A stretch of DNA of 64,000 nucleotides from Podarcis filfolensis (Eukaryota). Shown here piece by piece: positions 40,173-53,015 of this stretch. The notes beneath the pieces were generated by a model. That model ran no database searches. It was given only the letters and a program-made list of their open reading frames with translations, and was not told where the DNA came from. The stretch's first letter is position 1. Each line of letters starts with the position of its first letter. The DNA lies in NCBI GenBank assembly GCA_964270895.1, contig OZ185450.1, one strand, 5' to 3'. The position numbers and the translations under genes are program-made.

Positions 40173-41373
40173 TAGTACTTTTAAACTAAATATGAAATCT
40201 GTAGTTCAGCATGCATGCCTATAAAATAATCCAAAGCAAAGCCTTTTCTTTTCTTATTCACTGGTTTTGTTTATTTCAAAGGGCTGCATACTGACATTTA
40301 GAGAGAGAGAGACACTCTTCAACTTAATGAGAGCCATGTGTCTGTTGTACTTGCCCCATCCATAATATCAAAGTGAGAATCTGCCTATAATATTCTAATT
40401 TGTCCTCTTCATCTTGAAACAACACACCAGGGCTAAATTGGAGTATGAAATTGGAATTTTGTGTGGCTATATAGTACGTTCTTTTAAGGCCCTCTGACCT
40501 ACACAGTGAACTATGATTTACTGGTGAGCAAATTTATTGCGTTGAGCAAATGTGGCAACTTAGAACTAGTGTACAGGAGCAGTTTTGCTTTGGATGTCTT
40601 CATAGTCAAATACTGGACAGAAAGATTTGTTCAGTAGAGTTTGAGTCTTGGATGTAAAATGGTCTTTCACAGTCTTGACTTGAGTAGTTAAATACAGATT
40701 TTTATTGCCACCTGTACTACCTCATTTTCAAATATTCCTCAAACCTGCATCTCCCTTGCATTCAGCAGTGAGGTATGTGTTAATCTTAGCATTTTTATTT
40801 GTAAAGGATTCTGCAGCCAAAACCAACAATTCAAAATCCCTCTCACCCCCAAACCCCAAATCACTCTTGGCTGGTGAATTATTGCATCTGTGAAAATAAA
40901 GAACATTTCAAAACTGAGTTTGGTGAAGCAAGCTGATCTAATCAGATTAATTCCAAGAAAATCAGTCAGATGTATTCATCATACTAGCCACATGTATATC
41001 TTGTCTCCACAAGCAGACAAAAGTCTGTATTGGAAAGGAAATTACTTTCATGTCTCATCTGTGTGTGAAGCATTTTCAGTTTTGTCAAATTTGAGTTGGG
41101 CACTACAAGCTGAAAATAGAGCCAAGGAAATTACAACATACGTGGGCAAGCTACAGCTGTTAGTTTTTGCTGTAACATACATGCTGAAAGTTAGGCTTTA
41201 CAAAACAAATTTTGCAATACTGTGCGCTCTGTCTTTTTGATGAATGCCAAACTTCATTACAAATTAGAATAGAATCTGTTGTTGTTGTTAAATGTAACAG
41301 ATGGCATGCTTAAGGGCTTGAATTTATTCTGATTTGTTATTCTCTCCCCATCCCAAACCCCCAATTTATCTAG

Positions 41374-41453
41374 GGTGGTGGTGTATACACAGCTATGCCT
41401 CAGACAGACCCTTCAGAATGCGCGAACTGCCGGAACTGTCGGAACAATAACAG
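41374..41453 (+). CDS. CDON: CDON exon 18 (GGGVYTAMPQTDPSECANCRNCRNNNR)
   Basis: aatttatctag| acceptor, AG|gtagta donor, 80 nt; CxNCRNCRNNNR motif. Absent from the ORF track. Confidence 0.94.
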
Positions 41454-44400
41454 GTAGTAAACCGGGGAAAGGAGAATAAAGTGAGCTTTGGGATTGAGTC
41501 TGCTCCAGTTGCTTAATACACCTATGCATTTTAGGGGCTTTCAAATGGAGGTTGCTTTTTATCCCTGATTTTCACATAAAGACTATGCAAGATTTATTTA
41601 AAGAAGCTGTTACGTTTTATGGAAATGTGCATCCTAAGATGTTGGCACTCTAACAGCAGCTTTCTGGGATTTCTCGAATACTTTGAGTCCAGAAACAGGT
41701 ACCATAGCAGCTGGTGATGCTGCCTCAGGATAAAAACCATCTAATCTGTGTTCTGTTACCTTGCCATTGCAAATAAATGGGTGAGCTTGCAAATCTTCTA
41801 GGTTTATTGTGGTTATTATACCACTGTGATTTCAGCATGGGTGTCTCAAACATCCCAAACAAGGGATGAATATCATCACCCAGAGGAGCTTCTCTCTGGA
41901 TCCTCGTAGCTTAGTTTGTAAGCTAAGCTTCCAAGAGGCATAGTTCTTTTGCCATCCATTCTCTTTTATCTTCCCCATCTACCAGCACCTTCCAGTCTTT
42001 TTCCAACTGGAACATCTTTGAGTAGCTTGTTCCCTCTATGGTATTGCATTGGTATATGATAGCCCAGCAGGTGCGCTCTGTTTTCTTCCTTTTATATTGA
42101 ATTATTACTATGAAGAGGCCCCAAAATAAGGCAAAAGTCCCTAAGCTCTGTACAGCAAAACAGAACAAACACAAGAAATGCGGATTATCTGCTCAATTTG
42201 TATGTTCCAGTCGCAAAATGGGCGTACTGGATTGACAGTTTTGAAGTATGGCAGGTGTTTTAACAGAGCTCTTATACTTGTAGTGAGGATGGGGCATGCA
42301 GTTAGGTAATGAGCCGAGTACCTCCAAAAATACAGGATCTGCATTTTGCAGCGAAGTATCTCTGAACCCTTCTCCTGAGACTTCAGATCAATGGCAGGCT
42401 AAACACCACATCCAAAAATGTAGCATCAAGCAAGAGAATTTCCAGTTTCCACAGATGCACATATGTCATTTCACATAACATTTATAAGAGTCAACAGGAG
42501 AAATGAAGCTGTCCAAGAACCAGCCACAAGGTTGGGTGTGGCTCACTGCTTAGCACTGGATACATTTGGCTGCTTTTAGAGTCCTGAAAACAGTTCCATC
42601 TTCAAATGTATAGTATCTAGTTGCCACAAAGGCCATCCATCGACACAGAAAAATGCTCTTAGGAAGCACAATGTCAGAAAAGAACAGCTGTTACAAGCTC
42701 ATCATTTTTAGACTGAAAGTTTCATGCTGCAACAGACAATTTCATTATTCTAAAAGAAGCTAACTGCATGTGCACATCAAGAGAAACTGGGTGATTGGAT
42801 AGAACTAGTAATAAAGATAATCAAGCAGAGGTAACATTGGGTATAATATTATCATTGTTAGATATTTCCACTTTACTCTTTTGTAAAAGGTGCCAATCCT
42901 CCCCCCCCCCCCAAGTTTATTAAATGACAACAGCAATAACTAGTTGGGAGAATCAGAGTGCCATGTATGCCGCCAAACGTCTCTGCACATGCACCTGAAT
43001 TCTTTGGCTTTTCCATTTCAACTGCAACTCCTTTAGGTGCACCAGAGGCTGCTCTAGTGAGACTATCGCATTTCAAGAGTGACTCTTTGGGGTCCATAGT
43101 GGCAGGAATGAGAAGTCACAGCATGGGGGTTGGGGAGAGGAGGTTCAGTCAACATCTCTTTAGTCTTACCCTTGGTTTTTGCAACTTTCCATTAGCAAAC
43201 ATTGCACACCGTAGTCAGCGAGAAACCACTGTCTGTCTGCAGGGGACACGTGGAATGCCCTGGTTGATTACCAGGGTTAATTTGGTCTTATTTTGCACAC
43301 AGCTGACCCTTTTGGGCCCTTAGATCAAACAAACTCAACATTTGAGGATCAATGCTAATGTTTTCCTGGTCAGACTGTTTTAAATACACCTGGGGTAATA
43401 GTTCTCTTTTACAGAAGATAAAAAGCACTCCTTGTGTTGGCTGTATATTTTGAGCTTCGTGGCTTGTGGAGTAAGGGGAAAACCCTCATGCAAACATTTT
43501 TAAGTTTGTTCATTCCAGAATATAGCCAGTTTCTTGCCCTTCAGTGTAAAACAAGCGGAAATTAAATGGCTTAGTCAGGAGCCATTCTTAATTCCTTTGC
43601 TGTCAACTTAAGTAAGCACAGCTTCTAAAATAGATGATTGTACCGTAGAACTGTGTAGCAGTTCTGTGGTGTCAGTTTTTCTTAGTATTGAGTGTGGTGC
43701 AGTCATCGCAGTCTTCTCTAATCAAAGACTGATGTAACTATGATTCCAGGATTGCACAATCTCTACTTATAGTTGCCTGTGTTTTGAGTCAGTCACGTAT
43801 TTATGTGTTTATTACTTTAGATGCACAAAGCGAATAATGTTTTATTTTAAAGAAAAAGTTATCCCCCAGCATTCAAGCCATTCTGCGTTGCAAATTTTAA
43901 AGCAAATGTACTATCCTTTCAAATAGAATCAGACAAAAATGTAGTAGCAGATCTATGCTGACTATCAAAAGTCGGATTTTACAGGTCTTCTGTTAAAAAT
44001 ACACAAGGAGAGTTAATTTCATGATTATTGTTAGACCACAGTGTGCACATCAGCATTTGCCTCTGCTGTCTCCATTTGTGATTCTTTTTGGGAATCTCTG
44101 TGATTCTTGCAATAGGATATGGGAAGGATCTGATTGCTCAGGTAGGGGTGAGGTTGCAATTGTTTTGATATGCGCACTTTGACTATACTATTGGAAGAGC
44201 AAAGGCTCCTAAACAGAGGTTCTTAGTTGCTGCCTTACAGATGTGGAACTCCCTTCTAGATTTCCATTGAAGTCTCAGCCTGGATACCTTCCAGAAGTAT
44301 TTTTAGGCTAGGTTTACACGTGCAGCAGAATTTATAAAAACTCCTAACCCACAAGGCATGTCGCAACTGTAAGTCAAAACATAACAACTTACCAATAATA

Positions 44401-45619
44401 GAACTGTTAAAAATATACAGCAACAGGTTTGAATTACTCAAATCAAGCTAAAAATGTGGCAGAACAAAGTCTTTTCAATTCACATAAATGACATTAAAGA
44501 AGGGACCAGTTGACTCTCCCAAAGACCGTTCCAGAGTCTAGACACTGCAGCCAAGTATGCAGTATCCTGCTGGACCTATGATGACAGTGAGATGCGGAGC
44601 ATGGCCTCTAAGAAGATAGAAACATTGTTATATGATCCCCATATTGGTTTAAAAGCCTTGCCAGGAATAGAACCCTTAGCTGTAATGAGGGGAGGTTTTA
44701 GCTGAGCATTCAAAAGCATCTTTCCACCTGTAGTCTGATGTGATGCAGTCCATTTTACTGCCTCATTCTAGGACAGACATAACCTTCCCTGTTCTGGCTG
44801 GCTTTTAAAGCTCAGACGTAAAGAGGTATAAAGTGACTTCTGTATGTAAATTGTGTAAATGCAGCATCAGGTTTTTTTAACTTGGTAGAGTTGTGCTGTG
44901 TCTTAGCTGACAGTGCTTAAGCATCCTAATGGCATATAAAATGGAATAAATAATCCTCTAGTTGGTAAATGTAGGAGATGCAAATGTATATTTGGGGTAA
45001 CTCTCAGAGTCTCAAGATGTGGGCTACGACCTTCCTGGGGGGATTGTGAAATAGTCGTGGGAAAGTTATGCCACAAGAACTTCATGGAATAATCCAGCAG
45101 TGCTAGAAGACATAGACAGACGCTGGCTGGTAACTTGTGCAAGGAGCAGCTCAGTTCCTTGTCTTGGCAGAAAATATAGAAATGGAGAAAGGGCAATAGC
45201 ACTCCTGCTAAGGTCTTGAATGTCCATTTGTTCAAGTACATAGGTTCTCACACGGTACAGAAAGATATATGCTGCTCTGTGCTACATTGTCTAGACACTC
45301 TTCCGCTATGCACAAGGTTAAGGGAGCCTGAAAGTTTTTTAAAAAAAATTAAGAGGATGGCTTGTTAACTTGAGACACATTTTAAATATCCTGCAAATAA
45401 GAATCTTGCAGCTTGTGTTGTATTTGTCCATATGAGTGTTCCATTTGTGAAATGAATCTTATCTCTCTCCATTCACATTCCTCCTCTGAATCCACCTCTT
45501 CTGTGAATCCTGTGCCCTGACTTCTTAATCTTGATCACAAGCCAAAACACAGTCTCTGTGTATTTCCATCTGCTCACATTCATCCCCTTTAGCTCTGTTG
45601 TCTCTCATCATGACGAAAT

Positions 45620-45705
45620 TTAGACTGTAAGCTACTTGCAGCAGGGCGACTTTTGGGTTTCTTCTGTAAAGTGCAAAGCACGTCGTTGGCACTGTATAAA
45701 TAACA
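45620..45705 (+). mobile_element. Ancient L2 3' tail
   Basis: tagactgtaagctacttgcagcagggc...tgtaaagtgc...ggcactgtataaataac resembles the conserved L2 terminus. Confidence 0.55.
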
Positions 45706-46880
45706 AAGCATTTCTAATTATGATTCTGCTTCTGTGGCTAAAGAAAGTTCCACATAATAAGCTCTCCGTCTGTAAAGCTAAATATTATGTAGCTTTAGGA
45801 TGTATTTTGACAGCCATTGTGAATAAGTGGTGTGGTTGCCAAGGAATAATTTAAGACAGAGCTTCATGTTAATCATCTTCTTCCTAGGAGATAATTATGG
45901 AGAGCTAGCAAACCGTAGTCAATGAAAAGTGAATGAATTCAAAGAATGTATATGCCAGTAGTTCCTCTACTTGGTGGAAGAATACTTTCTATGTTTTATT
46001 TCAAGTTCTCTTAATAAACCCTGTAACAAGAAAAGGTTTAATTTAAATCACTGTAAACACGTATATATGTGAGAGGATGAAGTGCAGTGTCAAAATATTT
46101 TTGCTACTTCTATCATAGTTTTGGAGAATATTCTTAATTGTTCACATGCTTTGTGTCCCAGATTTTCAGTTCATATGCCTGTCCTAAATAGATATGGGTG
46201 TGCTTTGGTTTCTCATTTGTTTAGTTACAAATAATATAGTTAAGTACTTGTTAGCATATATCTTGAAAGTTGAAAAAGCAAGTTGATAACCACCTCAGTG
46301 TCCTTAGAAGCTGGTTCTCCAGCTGCAAACATTTATAGCACTGGCAGTTTCCCAACACTTTGGATTAGCTCTGGGCATGTCTACAAAGGATTTTAGCTGT
46401 AAGATGCCTTTTTTTGTTGTTCAAAGGCTAAGTAGATTCCGCTATAAGGAATTGACTTCCTTCCCTGCTTGACTAGTCTTTCACAATCCAGAATGAGAGA
46501 GAATTATCAAAGATTCTTTCTGGGAAGGCTTAAAAAGCATGTTCTCACTTTCTAAGTTTACAATGCTGAAGAATCCAATATTGAATGTAATCACTCTATC
46601 AGCAGCACTTTAACAGAGGTCAAGTTACCAACTGAAAGAGCAAATTGATATTGAAGTTCTTTTTCTTATATTTCCAAAAAAATACCCCATTTAAAAATGT
46701 GTAAGAGAGCACTTAGTGGGAGCTGTCTTTTTTTAAAAAATAAAAAACCCTCTATTTTGTACAACTGGGTAATGAAACGTTTATTTAATTTATGAATCAC
46801 TCTATAAGGTGCATCACAAAGTGATTTACAGTATACTTTATAGTGAGCCATTTTCCATGAACGTGTTTGAATTTTTCTAG

Positions 46881-47134
46881 GTGCTTCACTAAAACCAGTG
46901 GCACTTTTGGAAGCAACCCTGCAGCTGTGATGCCCATCGTAGCACCTTATCAGCAGGACAGTTTAGAAATGAAACCGTTGAATCATATGATGGTTGCAAT
47001 GTGCTTAGCGTCCACAACCCCCGGATGCAATGCTGAGGCAGAGGAAGACGGCAAGGAGAAAGTGGATCCCCCATCTCTTCGGGACTCCTGTGACCAAGAA
47101 AATGTGAATCCACTCAGTACAGATTGTATAGAAG
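46881..47134 (+). CDS. CDON: CDON exon 19 (CFTKTSGTFGSNPAAVMPIVAPYQQDSLEMKPL...STDCIE)
   Basis: atttttctag| acceptor; donor G|gtacgc at 47134/47135 gives the phase 1 that exon 20 requires; 254 nt. The donor position is less certain than the others. Confidence 0.85.
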
Positions 47135-47651
47135 GTACGCCAGCATTTTGGGAATTGTGAAAATATATAGCTGCCTCCGAGGCAGTTGCTTTTTATTTAT
47201 AATCAGAGCAATTTAGCACAGAAACCAAACTCAGACTGAGATTAAATACTTAAGCTTCTTGTGGTTCCCTGTGCATGTTATGGAATTTGGTGCTGTGGTG
47301 CTTAAACTGCGGGCTTCTTTTTCTTTTTTAAAAATGGATTTCATCCAGTACTCTCCTTGGATTATTTGTGGTGACTAAATTGTTTTAAACACTGTGCTAA
47401 TTTATTTAAATCTCTGCCAAGACCACCTTCGGCTGTGATCTTGTGTTTCAGCAACTAAGATTAATCAAACTAGCTACTTAGGATAGAAGAGCTGCAGGAC
47501 AGCGGGGGAGGGAGAAATGTTGATGATTCATCAAATAGGAGACTTGTTTCCCAGCCTGTTGGAGCTTGTATGAAGCCTCTTGATAAATTTGATGGTTGTT
47601 GAAGTTGCTAATAGACAACTAGATGATAATAGCTGCGTTTTTAATTTGCAG

Positions 47652-47815
47652 ATCACAGTGCACATTTGGAAACATCAGATCACATGTTGAGCTGGAGCCC
47701 CCTTATTCTCCAGCCTCTTTCAAAAGACTGTAATGAAAAGACAGAAGGGATTTCAAATGGCGTTACGTTGGACGGTTTGGGGAGTCTTCGACAGCTCCAA
47801 GTACAAGAGACTTAA
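47652..47815 (+). CDS. CDON: CDON exon 20, final coding part (DHSAHLETSDHMLSWSPLILQPLSKDCNEKTEG...LQVQET*)
   Basis: ttttaatttgcag| acceptor; TAA at 47813-47815; SW..LIL.P...C.EKT and terminal ET resemble the recalled mammalian C-terminus. Absent from the ORF track in this frame. Confidence 0.9.
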
Positions 47816-50800
47816 GGAACTGACCTCCTTCCCCTCCCCACTTAAAGCCAGTAACTGCACAGCAGAGTCGCTGAAAGAGACTTACAACAGGATGTTAATT
47901 ATAAAAAATGCTATTTATTTTTTGGTGTAGTGTCCTATGAATGTATGTTTTTAAGAAAGCCTTTTGCCTTTTCATTTTATTTATGTCTTGAGAAATTCCT
48001 TCCCATCCCTCCCAGCACAACACCATTGTGACTATCTGAAGGTATGTTGTCATTACAGGAGACATACTAAAATGTTTTCCACGGACATTGGAAGAATACA
48101 GCTTCATTATAGTGCAAACATTTAGGTGAAGTAACTTATTGGATTGGTTCAGATCCAAGTTGATCTTCGGTTTATAATTTACAATTTGGTGATATAACTC
48201 CACAGGATGGTTCTGTGCTAATGAAAACAGAATGAACTGTTGGCTATGGAAATTTAAATTGTTATAGCATATTAATGAACTGTTGCCACCTAACTCTAAA
48301 CACCCTAAAGTGGAAAAACATGGAACTTGCAGTGGAAGTCTGGTTCTCAGTCAGTGCTAGCGAAAACTTGTTAGAAAATGGCAGGACTGAAGAGAGGCTC
48401 ATTTAAGTGAATGTAGTAGTTGAGGTGTGAAGTTCTTGCCATACTCGTTCCAGATAGTGAAAGGCACAACATGGGCAACAATTAATGGTTGGCAAACACA
48501 TTATGTAACCCTTACTGTTGGGTGGAAGAATTGAGCATGGGTATTTTGCACCGGCGCCCCTTATTGCCATTCTAAAGTGTTTTGATTTGTTTCCTGATGT
48601 TCCTGTTATATGTCCTGTGCATCAAGGAGGGCACATTTTCCTACTTGGGTTAGGTGAGCTTTTTTGAAAGGCTTTGTAGGATGCTTGGGTTTAAAAAAGC
48701 AAGGGGAGAATTTGATGTCAGTGATTTAGGAAAGCAATCAAAATTGTTCTGGATTGGAAATGGCTTCTTCCTATCTACCCCCCCCAAAAAAAAGTGTGTT
48801 TCTGGAGTTTGCTTTAAGGGTAAATAAGTTCATACACAGTCCACATTAAGGAAAACAGCTTAGAGAGGGAAACACCAGGAGGGAAATGGCCAGAATGGAG
48901 GAAGTTGAGAATGGTTGTCCTGGTTAATCCGCAGTTAGAACCTTTATAACTTAACTTTCACAAGATGGAGCAGTATTGAGGAAGGTTTGGGGACAAAAGT
49001 GCTAGTTGTTGGTAGTTAAGTTTAGCAACACATTCTATGAAATAGGTCGTACAAACTCACCCTTTCCCAGAAGTTGGTCCAGAAAAGGGTTCTGCTTTGG
49101 CTGCTTTATAAATACACTGGAGCATTACACAATCAAGCTTAGAATGTAAGGCCTCTAGAACATTTTGTTCATTTGGTTTAGGTACCAGCTTCAGACTCGA
49201 CTTGACTTCTTTGTCTTACACCTTCCCAGGGTTGCCAACTTGAATAAAATATTTTTTGTGGGGGGAGGAGCTTCCCAAAAATGATCATGATTATTCTGTG
49301 TATCTTCATGGAACTTGGATAATAGGTGTAAAAGCAGGGCAGTCAGGGTTGGGGGTGATGCAGAATGCTTAACACCCTTGTTTCACTTCTTTTGGAGTAC
49401 AAAATAGCTGCTTCGCCCCGCAGCGCCGAACACTATTCAATGGTTGTGTCAGACTTGCAGCCAAGTTGTACAACACCTGTATATGTAGCTTTAAGAAAGG
49501 TGCCTGTGCTTCAGAAATAGCTGAGGGCACAATGTGGACGTCACAAGGCTAGCTGCATATTTCCACCTTCTCCCAGTTTTAACCAGCACAAATAAAACAA
49601 ACTTACACTTGTAAAACAGCTCCACGAATTGGAGGCACGTAACTCTATATTTGCTGTTGCCCCTCGGCAATATGAATTCATTTTCCTAGCTAGATCCAGG
49701 AACTAGAAACGCCCCGTTTGAAGAAGGGGTGAGGGGGGAATAGAGGAAAGGCCAAATATACTGAATAGTAATTGCAAGCCCCTTACAGAAGAGCAGAGGT
49801 GATCATAGGTGCAATGTACCATACTGAGTAACATTTGTGTGTGTATTTTGTGTGTGTGTGTGTGTGTGCGCGCGCGCGATAAAAACAAGCTTTGTATTTT
49901 TATATCTGTTGCAGCAGTTGTCAAATGCTGTGTGTGTATATAGTGTGTGATTATTTTATATAATATATTATGTATATTATATAATTTTATAAATAAGGCT
50001 CCCTAATGAGAATTTGCAGTGCTTATTTGGGTTACTGTGCAAGGACCCCGTTCTTTGTAGGAAATTAGAACAAGACTTGATTCAATTTATAATTAGGCCC
50101 ACAGACCATCTCTGCTGCTCATCTCCAAACTAAACTAACGGCTGGACACTTCTGAGAAATTACTTTTCAAAGCCTTAGAGGGGGAGTGACAACTAGTAAA
50201 CGAATGTGACCTGGTGGAAGCAAAGTCCCAGCTGGTTTGGAGACAATTATTATATATGCCTTTTCAAAAAGCAAGAATGTCAGAGTACCTTTGATGTGGG
50301 AATTTAAGGGATTCTGGCACCTCTGTCATACGAGGCCACTTCAATTCAAAATAGTCCAGGCAGGTAACATGAGCTTTTTGATGTGGAACTGAGAAGGTCA
50401 TACTTGGAGGCTGGGAAAGAGTTTGTAATCTGTTGTAGTAGAATCTCATCAAGGACTGCTTTATTTATATTGTGTGACACTGTTTTAAGTGTTTTTCCTT
50501 TTTATTGTATTTTATTTATAAAAGTTATATATTGCCTTTATATTTTAGGGGGATTGTGAGTTTTCCCTCAATCATAGGTGTGTAATTATGAACCTTGCAA
50601 AGCATAGACAAGTGGCCAAGTTTCTCTGATCCACCCGCTCATTCAGTTCCCACTATCATATTAGATTCTGACTAGTGACTTCTGACCAGGAAACTAAGAA
50701 AATCTTGTTTTTGCATGTACTGATGGATAATAATGTGCCTTCCTACTTGGTATCCACTTAAGCTGTCACTGCCTTTTCAAATTCATTAAGCACAATAAAT

Positions 50801-53015
50801 TTGTGGGACTTTTTAATGGCTCACAAAGCACTTTCATAAGACTTACAGCATCTTGTTTAAAATCTTTAGAATGCTAGCTTCTCAATGTTTCTAATCCTCA
50901 TGTCTTCACAGAGCTTTGGAACCAAATAAGCAAGTAGAAGTCTAAACTCCACATTCATTCTCATGCTTTTAGTGTTTAGCAGATTTTCCCTGAATATTTC
51001 TCATATACAAAATTCATGATCAGAATATATTACTGCCGCAGATGAACTGTTGCATGTCTGTCATCAGTAGTTTGGCATCTGTCCTCATGGAAAGATGCAG
51101 ATTATGTTAAAGCAGAAACAAAATGCACAATTTTGGCTTGCGATAGGTTAGATGTTCTCCTTTTGTTCATCCTTAAGGTCTCTGACTCATTAGAAGGGCT
51201 TCTGACTAATTTAAAATGGCAAGAACTGATGCAGCGATATATTATTATACCACAGCTATCCATGTTATGCATGGCACTAGCAAGTCTGTAAGTCCAAGCA
51301 CAAAATTGGCAAGTATGTCCCACTGAAATCTGTCCTCCTTACTTCAATATAAGGAGCCAGTGCTGGGAAACCACTTCAGCTTTGACAAGTTTTTTTTTTA
51401 ACAACTTTCTTGATGGAATATGTCCTGCCTATGGAACTGAAGTGTTTCTCAACCTGGTGCCCTCTGTATGTTGCTGGATTACAATTTCCGTAATCCCGAA
51501 ACATTGGTCATACTGGCTAGAGCTGATGGAGTCCCACAACTTGTGAAGGGTACCAGGTTAAGGGATACTGGTCTTCATTATAAAAGGTCTTATCCCCCTC
51601 CAATCTCTTAAAAGCAACTTGGTTAAATAAAGTATTGCTGTCTAAGCAGCAAGCGTTCTAATATTTGTAATTCTTGTTCTTTTGCAAATAAATGGTTTTA
51701 AAGATGCATGTCTTTTGTATCATATAGAAAAAAATACACTATATTTTCCTTTAAAAGTTGTAATATTCTTTTTTAAAAAAGAAAATTGTACATATGTTTA
51801 AATGATGTAGGTTTGAGCAGGATTTTCCTTGTTTTTAATATTAAAGAGAATGCTGCTGCTTTGGTGTAATAGTTACAATTGCTGTCTGGTGTTTCAGTCT
51901 CCAATGTTTAAATCTGAATTCTCCAGAATTATGGATTCCAAGTGCTATGCCAAGTAAGTTAACTGCTTAACGCTGCTTTGTTATTGCTATTTTGGTATTA
52001 GTAGTTGTACACACAACATTTCTCTCTCTCACTCACACACACACACACACACACACACAGCTGCGCATCATAAAATGAAACGATTGGTTAGTATACTATG
52101 TTTACCCCGGACATATGGGGATATTTTCAGGACCTTTTCAATAGTTGTGCCCTGGTTTTGGAATGCACTCCCCAGAAAAGTTCCTCTGGCACCCACCCTG
52201 ATAGTTTTCCTACAACAGGTGAAGTCCTTTTTTATTTCCCCAAGCATTTTTTACTGAACCCAATAGATCAATTGGGTAATTTTATGCTGCCCTCTATAGG
52301 TTTGATGTTTTTTAGTTTATACATAAGTTTATACATACATTATTTTATGGTGTTTAAATTGGTGTTTGATAATACGTTTGGAATAATAATAATAATAATA
52401 ATCACAAATAATAACTAATTTCAAATCCACTATTTGGCACACACCTTATTTAAATGGTGACAGTAGGCCAGCCTTCTCTGACCTTGTGCCGTTCCGAAGT
52501 GTTGAACTATAACTCCCAGTATTCCTTAACCATGGCTGTGCTGCCTAGAGCTGATGGGAGTTATAGTCCTGACACCTGGAGAGCACCTGGTGAGGGAAGG
52601 CTGCGCTTGAGGATTACAGTGCTTCCATGTGTTTGCCACTGCCATCCCATAACCAGCTGTTGCTACACCGCATTGGTGTTTAAAACTGCTGTGGAGGTTT
52701 CATATAAAATAGCAACCCAAGCACTTACTATGGTTGCCTTGCTCTGGGGACCAGTTTTTCCAGCAGACAATTAGAACAGGCTTGTAATAATTGTGGAATT
52801 GGATGCCACTTCAGGGACCAAAAGCAAACTGCACCTTTTTCACATAACGTGTATACTGCCAAGCCTTGTGTATTTTTAATATTGCCTGTTGTGGATCTGT
52901 GTTACCTGTCTAAATGGCCTTTAATGTTTGCAGCATTTCAGTTATCTTCCACAACTGTCAACTCTGAAAAGGGCCCCTAATGAAGTTTAGAAGTGTTTTT
53001 ATAAAGATGAATAAA
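47816..53015 (+). other. CDON: Putative CDON 3' UTR with candidate poly(A) signals at 49591, 51626, 51687 (AATAAA), 51840 (ATTAAA) and 53010 (AATAAA)
   Basis: Follows the stop codon; U-rich blocks; hexamers seen directly. Which signal is used cannot be determined from sequence. Confidence 0.55.
52100..52260 (+). mobile_element. L2 LINE ORF2 C-terminal fragment
   Basis: RTFSIVVPWFWNALPRKVPLAPTLIVFLQQVKSFF matches the L2 pattern RAFS..AP.LWN.LP...R.AP.L..F...K..LF. Confidence 0.8.

Noticed and set aside
42170-43323. Short ORFs in intron 18 as a nested gene
   Set aside because: No homology recognised and no consistent exon chain.
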